Shown here in pieces: positions 11,816 through 21,901 of a stretch of 64,000 nucleotides of DNA. Every line of letters begins with the position of its first letter. Position 1 is the stretch's first letter. Made by a program: the position numbers and the translations under genes. The notes below the pieces were generated by a model. The model was not told the origin of the DNA, ran no database searches, and was given only the letters and a program-made list of their open reading frames with translations. Where the stretch lies: contig JAFZFQ010000061.1 of assembly GCA_017555825.1 (NCBI GenBank), positions 9,534 to 73,533 on the forward strand, given 5' to 3'. Source of the stretch: Bacteroidaceae bacterium. Its GTDB lineage: Bacteria > Bacteroidota > Bacteroidia > Bacteroidales > Barnesiellaceae_A.

Positions 11816-12532
11816 ATGCACCTCTTTTATACTCCCGAAATAGCTCAAACATTGACACTCCCCGAGGTGGAGAGTGGACACTGTGTGCGTGTATTGCGAC
11901 TCACTGAGGGCGATGAGATAGGCCTGATAGATGGTCGCGGAACTTTCTATCGTGCCGAGATAACTTTGGCTCACAACAAGCGTTGCGGTGTGCGCATTCT
12001 TGAAGAGATAAGCCAGCCCTCGCATTGGGCGGGCGAGATAGAGATTGCTATAGCGCCAACCAAAAATCTCGACCGCATTGAATGGTTTGCCGAGAAGACT
12101 ACCGAAATGGGCGTCGATGCAATAGTGCCACTCTTGTGCCGATTCTCGGAGCGTAAGGAACTCAAGAGCGAGCGCATCGAGAAGATACTTGTGTCGGCCA
12201 TGAAGCAGAGCCTAAAGGCTGTGCTGCCCCGTCTCGAAGAAATGACCCCCTTTGAGCGTTATGTGACCCAAGAGTATGATGGACAGAAGTTTATAGCTCA
12301 CTGTCATGCCGAGAGCGAGCGAAAACTCCTATCGCAATGCTACAAGCCCGGCTCGCGTGCGCGTGTACTCATAGGCCCCGAGGGCGATTTCAGTCCCGAG
12401 GAAGTGCAGTTGGCATTGTCGCATGGGTATGTGCCGGTATCGTTGGGTGCATCGCGCCTACGCACCGAGACCGCAGGTGTTGTTGCTTGTCATACTATAC
12501 ACACTGTCAATGAAATAGCATCGCTCGAATAA
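11816..12532 (+). CDS. rsmE: 16S rRNA (uracil1498-N3)-methyltransferase
   Basis: 238 aa. RsmE-type motifs HCVRVLRL, LIGPEGDFSPEEV and LGASRLRTETAG are present. Confidence 0.85.
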   Translation: MHLFYTPEIAQTLTLPEVESGHCVRVLRLTEGDEIGLIDGRGTFYRAEITLAHNKRCGVRILEEISQPSHWAGEIEIAIAPTKNLDRIEWFAEKTTEMGVDAIVPLLCRFSERKELKSERIEKILVSAMKQSLKAVLPRLEEMTPFERYVTQEYDGQKFIAHCHAESERKLLSQCYKPGSRARVLIGPEGDFSPEEVQLALSHGYVPVSLGASRLRTETAGVVACHTIHTVNEIASLE

Positions 12533-12554
12533 TAATAGAACACACAACGACGAT

Positions 12555-14147
12555 ATGAAAATCACACTTCGCACATTACTCTTGCTTGTGGCACTCTTGC
12601 CTCTTATGACGTGGGGTCAGGATACCAATTATATGAATGACCCTATGGCGCGAGCCATTATGGATACATACGCATCGATGCTCCGTGAAAATCCACAAGA
12701 CTATGCTACATACCTCAATCGAGCCAAGGAGTATTATCGATATGGCGATTATACACGAGCTGTCGACGACCTCAACGAGGCCATAAAATATTATCCCCGT
12801 GAAGATATTTCCAACCTGTCGCAGGCCTACACTATCAGGGGGCTTATATACCAGATGCAGGGCGACGATATGAAGGCTATAGCCGACTTTAATGAGGCAT
12901 TGCAGCTTGATCCTACCTCTCGTTTCTCGTTGATAGGCCGAGCCGACCTGTTGCGCGAAATGGGCGACTATGCCCATGCCAAGGAGGATTATCAGCTACT
13001 ACTTCGTCGCGATAGCCGCTCGCAAGAGGCATACCTGGGGTTGGGTGTGATTGCTTTTAAGGAAAATAATATGGGTATGTGCCACGAATATATGGAGAAA
13101 GCCGAGAAGGCCAATTCTACAAATGTCGAGTTCTACCTTACACGAGCTACTATTTATGAGGAGATGGGCGAGTGGCGCAAGGCTGCCGATGACTATGTTA
13201 CGGCAATGACCTTGGGCGACAATCACCGCTCGGTAGCCGGGATAAATGCTCTATCGGCTATTGCCTATAAGCCTGTAGTTGATGCTCTTACGGTGGCTGT
13301 AGAGACTGCCGACGAGAGAGGCTTCTACTACTTTATACGTGGTACTATACACATGAACAATCGTCACTATTCGGCCTCGATACAAGATTGGAATACGATT
13401 GTAGAGAACAATTTGTTGCACTTCCATTCAGTCTATTATAATCGCGGATTTTGTTATATGCGATTGGGACAGTTTGACTATGCCCTGGAGGATATCAGTG
13501 CCGCAATCATGATGAAAGGCGACCAAATGTCCTACTATCTTACACGCAGTAAGTTGCATCGTGTAATGGGCGACTACGAACAAGCCGAGGCTGATATTCT
13601 CATTGCTTCGACTTTTGATATGACCCACGAGGGTGTGCTCACACAACGCGCCATGCTTGCCACAGAGCGAGGCGAATATGAGGCGGCATTGAACTATTAC
13701 AACGAAGCCGTATTGTGTAGTGCCGACGATGCCTCACTCTACCTGTTGCGAGGCGATATTCATGCCCTGATGAAAGACGACGAGTCGGCCGTGCGTAACT
13801 ATGAAATGATGATAAACATCCCCGAAGAGGTTCCTGTGTATACATCATATCGAGGTTTTGCAATGGCGCGTCTGGGGCGTATGACCGATGCCGAGCAATG
13901 GATGGAGAGTGTGATAGCATCGATAAAAGGTGTACCCTCGCCCGACGATTACTACAATGCTGCATGCCTCTATACCCATACAGGCAATAAAACCAAGGCC
14001 TATTACTATCTTGAAGAGGCTCTAAAGGCCGGTTATGGCGATTACTTCAATCTCTATTTCGAGTACGACATGCCGGTGTCATTGGCACCCTTGCGTGGCG
14101 AAGCCGACTTTCGCGAGCTTGTAAGAAGCTATAGCGATGGTTTCTGA
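12555..14147 (+). CDS. Secreted tetratricopeptide-repeat protein
   Basis: Signal peptide MKITLRTLLLLVALLPLMTWGQ, followed by many TPR-like A..Y/G.Y..A repeats across 530 aa. Confidence 0.7.
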   Translation: MKITLRTLLLLVALLPLMTWGQDTNYMNDPMARAIMDTYASMLRENPQDYATYLNRAKEYYRYGDYTRAVDDLNEAIKYYPREDISNLSQAYTIRGLIYQMQGDDMKAIADFNEALQLDPTSRFSLIGRADLLREMGDYAHAKEDYQLLLRRDSRSQEAYLGLGVIAFKENNMGMCHEYMEKAEKANSTNVEFYLTRATIYEEMGEWRKAADDYVTAMTLGDNHRSVAGINALSAIAYKPVVDALTVAVETADERGFYYFIRGTIHMNNRHYSASIQDWNTIVENNLLHFHSVYYNRGFCYMRLGQFDYALEDISAAIMMKGDQMSYYLTRSKLHRVMGDYEQAEADILIASTFDMTHEGVLTQRAMLATERGEYEAALNYYNEAVLCSADDASLYLLRGDIHALMKDDESAVRNYEMMINIPEEVPVYTSYRGFAMARLGRMTDAEQWMESVIASIKGVPSPDDYYNAACLYTHTGNKTKAYYYLEEALKAGYGDYFNLYFEYDMPVSLAPLRGEADFRELVRSYSDGF

Positions 14148-14180
14148 GCACACTGTGGCTTGATGTTGTAGTGAACTATA

Positions 14181-14230
14181 AAACCGTTTCTCAAGGTGCT
14201 ATACTTGTGCCTTAGAAACGGTTTCTTGTT
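14181..14230 (+). terminator. Terminator-like hairpin after the TPR gene
   Basis: Stem AAACCGTTTCT (14181-14191) pairs with AGAAACGGTTT (14214-14224), followed by a T-rich tail. Confidence 0.6.
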
Positions 14231-14302
14231 CTATTATGCTTTCTTTTTGTGTATTTGTGTTTGTTTTTATTGGCATATTACTTGCAAAGAAAAAATAATG
14301 TG

Positions 14303-14310
14303 TATATTTG
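14303..14310 (+). promoter_or_regulatory. -7 promoter box (TAtaTTTG)
   Basis: TAnnTTTG match 43 nt upstream of the ATG at 14353. It overlaps the TTG start proposed in the ORF track, which argues for the later ATG. Confidence 0.5.
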
Positions 14311-14352
14311 CAAAATAATTATAGCAATAACAAACAATATACAACGCTTTAT

Positions 14353-15000
14353 ATGAAAAAATTATTTCCACTACTGCTGCTTGTCATTACCATGACAGCA
14401 TGCCAAAAGGAGCCCGATTGGGGTAAGCTGTCAAATGACTTGCTGGTATATACCCACTACGACGAAGAGTTTGACTTTTCAAAATACAATACTTTCTACA
14501 TACCCGACAGTGTACTCCTGCTGGACAATACCAAGGAAGAGCCGGTATACATTTCGAGCGATGATGTGCGTGCTCGCACTATCTTGGAGGTATTGTCCGA
14601 TGAAATGCACCAACGTGGCTATACACAAGTATATGACCGAGCCGATGCCGACTTGGGCATGATTACAAGTTACATCAAGCATACCAATACATACGTAGGT
14701 TATGAATACCCCTATTGGTGGTATGACTTCTACTATTATTGGCCCTTCGATTATTGGGATCCTTTCTACTTTGATTGGTATCCCTACTATCCCTATCCCG
14801 TGGCTTACTCTTACACTACATCTACTATTGCTGTAGAAATAATAGCTCTGAATGATGCCGACGCTAATACCAAGGTATTGCCTTTTGTGTGGACTGCTTG
14901 CCTGGCAGGTATCGAGTCGAGCAACCAACTTAATATCTCTAATGCTGTAGCCGGCATATATCAAGCATTTGAACAATCGCCCTATATCGCAGCTCAATAA
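14353..15000 (+). CDS. Lipoprotein with an aromatic-rich (Tyr/Trp/Pro) core, DUF4136-like; cassette copy 1, gene A
   Basis: Lipoprotein signal MKKLFPLLLLVITMTAC. About 50% identical to the product of 24660..25316. The start was moved from 14308 (TTG) to the ATG at 14353. Confidence 0.6.
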   Translation: MKKLFPLLLLVITMTACQKEPDWGKLSNDLLVYTHYDEEFDFSKYNTFYIPDSVLLLDNTKEEPVYISSDDVRARTILEVLSDEMHQRGYTQVYDRADADLGMITSYIKHTNTYVGYEYPYWWYDFYYYWPFDYWDPFYFDWYPYYPYPVAYSYTTSTIAVEIIALNDADANTKVLPFVWTACLAGIESSNQLNISNAVAGIYQAFEQSPYIAAQ

Positions 15001-15024
15001 TTGTATATAAACCACATCATAAAT

Positions 15025-15657
15025 ATGACTAAGATGAAGATTTCAAAGATATTGACCGTCGTACTGCTTATGTGTGCCGCTTTGTTGCCCGGTACAATAC
15101 AAGCTCAGTTGTACAAGTCGACATATTACAACGTCGATTGGCAGTTCAATGCTCCTATATGTACCGACTTTGCCAATGTGGCAAGCGGTTGGGGTATGAA
15201 TTTTGAAGGTGGATATTATGTTGCGCCCAAGATTGCGGTGGGTCTCTACGGCTCGTTCCATACCAATAGCAAATTTGTCGAACCGCAGGTTTTGCAACTC
15301 TCCTCTTCGAGCAGCCTCTACACCGACCAGATACAAAGTATTTTTCAAATACCCTTTGGTGCGCTGTTGAAGTATCGTTTTGTAGAGAACTCAATGTTCG
15401 AGCCCTACGTAACAGCCAAACTCGGAACAAACTACATACGCATGTCGTCGGCCAATAATGTATTGGATTTCTATGACGAGACATGGGGTTTCAATGTTCA
15501 ACCAGAGGTAGGTGTGTCGATATTCCCCTCGGCGCACAACCGCACCGGCATACACTTAGGGTTGTATTATAGCTACTCGACCAACAGTAGTAAGTGTCTT
15601 ATCTATACACTCGATGGCCTCAACAATATAGGCTTCAATCTCGGTGTGAGTTTTTGA
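15025..15657 (+). CDS. Small outer-membrane beta-barrel protein; cassette copy 1, gene B
   Basis: Signal peptide ending in IQAQ, alternating hydrophobic strands, and a C-terminal GFNLGVSF with terminal Phe. Paralogue of 23997..24623. Confidence 0.65.
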   Translation: MTKMKISKILTVVLLMCAALLPGTIQAQLYKSTYYNVDWQFNAPICTDFANVASGWGMNFEGGYYVAPKIAVGLYGSFHTNSKFVEPQVLQLSSSSSLYTDQIQSIFQIPFGALLKYRFVENSMFEPYVTAKLGTNYIRMSSANNVLDFYDETWGFNVQPEVGVSIFPSAHNRTGIHLGLYYSYSTNSSKCLIYTLDGLNNIGFNLGVSF

Positions 15658-15698
15658 TAAATCGCTATATCTGCCGCGCGACGGCAGCCATGTCACAC

Positions 15699-15745
15699 AG
15701 CCACTCTCATGAGCAATGTAACAAGCCTTGAGAGTGGCTTATTTG
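15699..15745 (+). terminator. Terminator-like hairpin after the OMP gene
   Basis: An 11-bp stem, AGCCACTCTCA (15699-15709) with TGAGAGTGGCT (15729-15739), followed by TATTTGTG. A smaller hairpin CTGCCG/CGGCAG lies at 15671-15687. Confidence 0.6.
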
Positions 15746-16001
15746 TGTATTAGAAGTAAACTTCCAATATACTTTCGCTTGCTGTGAAAAATATTCAAGC
15801 AAGCTTGATATTTCTCGCTTATTTGTATATTTGAGATAAATCTCCAATATACTTTCGCTTGCTATGAAAAATATTCAAGCAAGCTTGATATTTCTCGCTC
15901 GCTTATTCGTATATTTGAGGTAAACCTCCAACATACTTTCGCTTGCTGTAAAAAATATTCAAGCAAGCTTGATATTTCTCGCTCGCTTATTCGTATATTT
16001 G
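15737..16001 (+). repeat. Tandem array of the same ~84-bp promoter-like repeat (array 2): three units plus a partial leading unit
   Basis: ATATTCAAGCAAGCTTGATATTTCTCGCT begins at 15791, 15871 and 15955. TATATTTG boxes lie at 15826-15833, 15910-15917 and 15994-16001, exactly 84 bp apart. The units are more than 90% identical to array 1. Confidence 0.92.
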
Positions 16002-16021
16002 TACCAAACCCAACTTATGCA

Positions 16022-17578
16022 ATGAAAAAGATACTTATAGCATTGCTATTGTTTATAGCATATATTCCATCGGCGTTCTCGCAAGATGGAGTCACTTATC
16101 GTACCGAGGCTGCGGCACATGCGGCTACAGGTACTTTTGCTCCCTATTATATGACGGCCAATCGTTATGGTACTGTGACCAATGGTTGTGGCGGATATTT
16201 GCGTGCCGGTGCTTTCATAGAGATGGATACGACACAACGATTTTCGTATGCGGCAGGTATCGACCTCATGGGTATATACGAGACTGCATCGCCCACTCGT
16301 CGTTGGGAGAATGGAGCTTTCACGACTATATACAATCGCCCTCAAATCTTTCGCATACAACAATTGTATGCCGATGTAAAATACCGCGCCGTGTTCTTGT
16401 CGGTGGGTATGAGGGAGAATGCACATGAAAATATCTTTACCGACTATCGACTCTCGTCGGGCAACTTGATATTCTCGGGCAATAGTCGTCCCATACCGCA
16501 AGTGCGTGCGGGTTTTCATCGTTTTGTCGATATACCCTTTACCAATGGATGGGTGCAATTGAAGGGAGAACTATCCTATGGTAAGTTTCTTGGCGATAAC
16601 TATCTGCGCGACCATTACAACTACTATTCGTCGTTTATTACCACCAATGTCTACTATCATTACAAGTCGCTATACTTCCGTAGTAACCCCAATCAGCCCT
16701 TTGTCTTCACGTTTGGTATAGAGGACGGCGTGCAGTTTGGCGGTGATATGGATACCTATCGCGATGGTGTATTGGTTTCGTCGACCAAGTCGCCTATTAC
16801 TTTCAAGTCGTTCTTGCAGGCCTTCGTGCCAAGTGCCGGCGATGAGACTGCAGCGCCTGGCGACCAGCTTTTTGTCTATGGCAATCACGTGGGTTCGATC
16901 AATATGGCAGCCGAGTACACTTTTGCCGATAAGTCGCAGTTGCGAGCCTATACACAGTGGCTGTATGAAGATGGCTCGGGATTGGACAAATCAAATGGTT
17001 TCGATGGCTTGTGGGGATTGGCCTATCACACTCATCGACGCTCTATTGTCTCGGATGTTGTTGTTGAATATATAGGATTGGACAATCAAAGTGGTGCTAT
17101 ACCTTGGCAACCTACCGACTGGCCCGGCACACAAATCACTACTGCTACATCGGGCGGTGACGACTATTACAACAACTTTCTATTCAACGGTTGGCAACAT
17201 GTAGGTTTCGGTATGGGTACGCCCATGTCTCCCTCTATCATGTACAATACCGATGGTTATATGCGTTTCCTCAACACCCGCGTGAGGGGTTATCATATTG
17301 CTCTGCAAGGTTATGTGCACAATGAGTGGCAATATCGTTTCATGACCTCTTATAGACAAGCATGGGGTACACCCTTTATTCCGGCGCGTTACGATTTGTG
17401 TCAATTTGCATCGCTCTTGGAGTGTACCTACACCCCTGTAAAACTCGATGGATGGCAGTTTTGTGCATCGGTAGCCGTAGATGCAGGCAACCTCATTGGT
17501 GATAATTGGGGTATAAGCATCAGTGTTGTCAAGAGTGGCTCACTCATTAAGTTTAACAAAAAATCTGAAAAGAAATGA
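16022..17578 (+). CDS. Capsule-assembly Wzi-family outer-membrane beta-barrel (putative)
   Basis: Signal peptide followed by YRTEAAAHAATGTFAPYYMTANRYG...YLRAGAF...QQLYADVKY. This matches my recollection of Bacteroides Wzi-family N-termini. 518 aa and rich in Tyr/Gly. Not verified by a search. Confidence 0.55.
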   Translation: MKKILIALLLFIAYIPSAFSQDGVTYRTEAAAHAATGTFAPYYMTANRYGTVTNGCGGYLRAGAFIEMDTTQRFSYAAGIDLMGIYETASPTRRWENGAFTTIYNRPQIFRIQQLYADVKYRAVFLSVGMRENAHENIFTDYRLSSGNLIFSGNSRPIPQVRAGFHRFVDIPFTNGWVQLKGELSYGKFLGDNYLRDHYNYYSSFITTNVYYHYKSLYFRSNPNQPFVFTFGIEDGVQFGGDMDTYRDGVLVSSTKSPITFKSFLQAFVPSAGDETAAPGDQLFVYGNHVGSINMAAEYTFADKSQLRAYTQWLYEDGSGLDKSNGFDGLWGLAYHTHRRSIVSDVVVEYIGLDNQSGAIPWQPTDWPGTQITTATSGGDDYYNNFLFNGWQHVGFGMGTPMSPSIMYNTDGYMRFLNTRVRGYHIALQGYVHNEWQYRFMTSYRQAWGTPFIPARYDLCQFASLLECTYTPVKLDGWQFCASVAVDAGNLIGDNWGISISVVKSGSLIKFNKKSEKK

Positions 17579-18018
17579 AACATCTCATATACATAGCCCT
17601 CACTGTTGTGGCTCTTGCACTTGCCTCGTGCATGCAAAACGGTGGTAATATAGGATACCTATATGGACAATGGCGACTTGAACAGGTAGAGCACGAGAAT
17701 GTTGCAACCGAGTGCGATACTGTGTTTTTCTCATTCCAGTCCAATGTCTTCCAAATACGCAAGATTATTTATGATTCATACGACTACTCGGTGTTTATGG
17801 GCTTGTATGAGCATCAAAACGACCATATAAAGTTCAATATATACAACTACAATAGCCAAGAGATACTCACTCCGGAGTATGAGCATGTTGTGCTCAACGA
17901 TTTGGCTTCGTTGCACATCGATACGGTTGTACCGTTGTTTAAGGTGGTAGAACTCAACAATAAATATATGACCTTGGAGTATAACGACTATCTCTACTAC
18001 TTCAAGAAACTCAATTAG
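17575..18018 (+). CDS. Lipocalin-like lipoprotein (putative)
   Basis: Lipobox LALASC. The LYGQWRLEQVE motif resembles lipocalin-like domain proteins often encoded downstream of wzi. ATGA overlap with the upstream gene. Confidence 0.45.
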   Translation: MKHLIYIALTVVALALASCMQNGGNIGYLYGQWRLEQVEHENVATECDTVFFSFQSNVFQIRKIIYDSYDYSVFMGLYEHQNDHIKFNIYNYNSQEILTPEYEHVVLNDLASLHIDTVVPLFKVVELNNKYMTLEYNDYLYYFKKLN

Positions 18019-18021
18019 ATG

Positions 18022-18576
18022 CTATAGATACCGCACTTTATACTCCCTTTCCTCTTTTGATCGTATGGGATAGATGCGTCGTAGACCTATGTCTCCCTCG
18101 TTTTTGTAGCCAGCGTCTATGATGATGTGCTTGCGCGACTTATCAAGTTGTATCATGCCTCGATAACGTTTGTTCCAGGTTATGAGTCCGTTGCCAAGTA
18201 TCATGTTCTTAGTATCTTCATACAGACCTTCACCCAATAGGCCTATCACATCGCCCTGCTCATATACAGTTAGGCCGTTGTATATGAGTGGACCCCACAG
18301 CCTTATACGGTGTGAATACATTGCTCTTATGCCCATGTCGTTCATGCGTTCAATGGCCAGCATGCAGTGTGTATTGGGTCCTACAAGTAGCCATAGCCCC
18401 TCCCAATCGTCTACAGCGGCAGTGTCTATATAATTTATAAACTTATTGTGGTCGAGGGGCGTTGTGGGTCTCGAAAAGGGAAACTCTTTGCTCGACGTTA
18501 CACGATAGGGGCTACAACACACACATAACATGAGCATGAATGCTCCTATGGCTGTGTATGTTGTAGTGCGATACAT
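18022..18576 (-). CDS. Hypothetical exported protein or lipoprotein
   Basis: 184 aa with a hydrophobic N-terminus (AIGAFMLMLCVCCS). No family recognised. Confidence 0.4.
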   Translation of the reverse strand: MYRTTTYTAIGAFMLMLCVCCSPYRVTSSKEFPFSRPTTPLDHNKFINYIDTAAVDDWEGLWLLVGPNTHCMLAIERMNDMGIRAMYSHRIRLWGPLIYNGLTVYEQGDVIGLLGEGLYEDTKNMILGNGLITWNKRYRGMIQLDKSRKHIIIDAGYKNEGDIGLRRIYPIRSKEEREYKVRYL

Positions 18577-18588
18577 TATGATACTATT

Positions 18589-20013
18589 TTATAATTTATA
18601 CGAGAATCCCAGACTCAACAGTTCTTTGATTTGCCAGAAACCCAATGAGTGGTGTGGCGCAACACTGTTGTCGTATCGCACATCAAGATACACGCGAGCC
18701 GAGAAGTATGTCGAGAACGAGAAGTCTACCGAGTTGGTCCATTCGGCTATCACGTTCTTGTAGTTGGTAAATGCATACAAGTGGCTCATCCAGCGTATGT
18801 TGTATCGTATATCCCATGTCATTGTATAGTCGAGTGACGAACCGACGTCGTTACGGGTGTTGCCTGTCTCAATACCAAATTTGGTGGGGTCTATGCCGGG
18901 CAATGCTACAAAGCGCAGATTGTATGAGAGGGGCGAAAGGGTGAGTGTGTGCGACAACTTCACAGGCTTTTCGTAGGCAAATGAGTATGAGAGACCGACA
19001 CCCACATTCAACTCGCCGGGAGATAGAAATTCGGCCTCTTTTACACTTGAGTTGGGCGCATAGTTGGTGAGCAACTGTGTCTTGAACAACATTGATGCCG
19101 AGTAGTACCACTTGCCAAATGCTTTGTAACCAAACTTTGAGTTTATTTGGAACAAGTCTTCGCTCACGCGTACGCGGTGTACAGTGTCTTCGGCCGATGT
19201 GGTAAGGTTAAACTTCCATTGTGCAAGGTTCTCAAAGAGTAACTTTCCGCTCGGGTCGTTGTAGTTGAAGGTAAACAATTGGTCGCTCAGCAGGTTGAGG
19301 CTGCTGTTACCACCTTGATACCAATTCTCCGACACGTATATTTGTGATAGTTGTATATTGCTGCTGAACGACATTTTCCAGCGTTTTATCTTCACAGGCT
19401 TGCTTTCGAGTGACGAACTTACAATCTGTTGAGGCTTCTCAACAATTGTAATTGTTTGCTTTGTGGGATCGTTTACCAATACATACTCCTTGGGAGCCTT
19501 GGGCAGATTCAAGAAGTTGTATTTTACCAAATCCGGGCGGTTTACAATCAAGTGGTTGCGAGCTGCACGCAGACGGTTGTCTTGTCGTATGGCGCGAGCC
19601 AACCAGTTGTTGCTATGTTGCAAGGGCGCATCTTTTTCTATAACGTATGTACGAGGGGTGTATACTATGGCCGGTATAGAGAGACGTTCGAGAGGTGTCA
19701 TTTGGTAATTCTCAAAAACCAGGGGCATAAACAATACACCGTTGATGCAGTTGGGCAATCCGTCGTCTATGATATTGTCTATGTCGAGCAAAAACATCAA
19801 CGAGTCGGGTAGGAAAAATGTGCTGTCGCTGGCAATCGTGTCGTTTGTGAAGTATTGTTCCAGCAAGTTTCCCAAATTTATAATCGAACTATCCTCTGTA
19901 ATATTGAGGGTAGTGATGCTGTCGGTATTAATCTCGTTATTTACTGTATTTTGTGCGTGAGCAGTGGCGAGGAACGCCATGAGTAGCAAGCTAATGAATG
20001 TCAATCGTCGCAT
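18589..20013 (-). CDS. DUF3078-type outer-membrane beta-barrel protein
   Basis: Signal peptide MRRLTFISLLLMAFLATAHAQ begins at the internal ATG at 20013. The segment WKMSFSSNIQLSQIYVSENWYQGGNSS is DUF3078-like. The C-terminus ends in SYKL. Confidence 0.55.
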   Translation of the reverse strand: MRRLTFISLLLMAFLATAHAQNTVNNEINTDSITTLNITEDSSIINLGNLLEQYFTNDTIASDSTFFLPDSLMFLLDIDNIIDDGLPNCINGVLFMPLVFENYQMTPLERLSIPAIVYTPRTYVIEKDAPLQHSNNWLARAIRQDNRLRAARNHLIVNRPDLVKYNFLNLPKAPKEYVLVNDPTKQTITIVEKPQQIVSSSLESKPVKIKRWKMSFSSNIQLSQIYVSENWYQGGNSSLNLLSDQLFTFNYNDPSGKLLFENLAQWKFNLTTSAEDTVHRVRVSEDLFQINSKFGYKAFGKWYYSASMLFKTQLLTNYAPNSSVKEAEFLSPGELNVGVGLSYSFAYEKPVKLSHTLTLSPLSYNLRFVALPGIDPTKFGIETGNTRNDVGSSLDYTMTWDIRYNIRWMSHLYAFTNYKNVIAEWTNSVDFSFSTYFSARVYLDVRYDNSVAPHHSLGFWQIKELLSLGFSYKL

Positions 20014-20209
20014 ATCGGTAGGTGTTTGTAAAACTATCTTTCGTTTTGCGAAGATAATATAATTTCGTGGCAAAACATCTTCTATGATACAAAAAAATAC
20101 TATTGCCAAATACAACTTTTTCGCCTTGCTATTGGGCACTTTTTGATTAAAGCCTAAATCTCTTATCATTTATTAGTTATTATGTAGAGATATTGTCGAT
20201 TATTTTTCT

Positions 20210-20217
20210 TACTTTTG
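20210..20217 (+). promoter_or_regulatory. -7 promoter box (TActTTTG) upstream of pyrG
   Basis: TAnnTTTG match 50 nt upstream of the GTG start at 20268. Confidence 0.45.
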
Positions 20218-20255
20218 TAGGCGAATTTTTTCAAAATAGAGTTCAACACAACTAA

Positions 20256-21866
<1,611 letters not shown>

Positions 21867-21901
21867 CAGCATAGCAAGTATATAACACATTAATAATAAG
21901 T

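Noticed and set aside
15737-16001. Tandem repeats considered as a CRISPR array
   Set aside because: The units are contiguous, with no unique spacers between them. The 84-bp period is too long. No cas genes lie nearby. Each unit carries a promoter-like box instead.
20014-20169. N-terminal extensions of track ORFs: 18589..20169, 24660..25409, 35932..36807, 61537..62067, 62381..62659, 25469.., 54359.., 14308.., 15001..
   Set aside because: In each case an internal ATG is followed immediately by a signal peptide or lipobox. The extension often starts at TTG, overlaps a TAnnTTTG promoter box, or overlaps a neighbouring gene.
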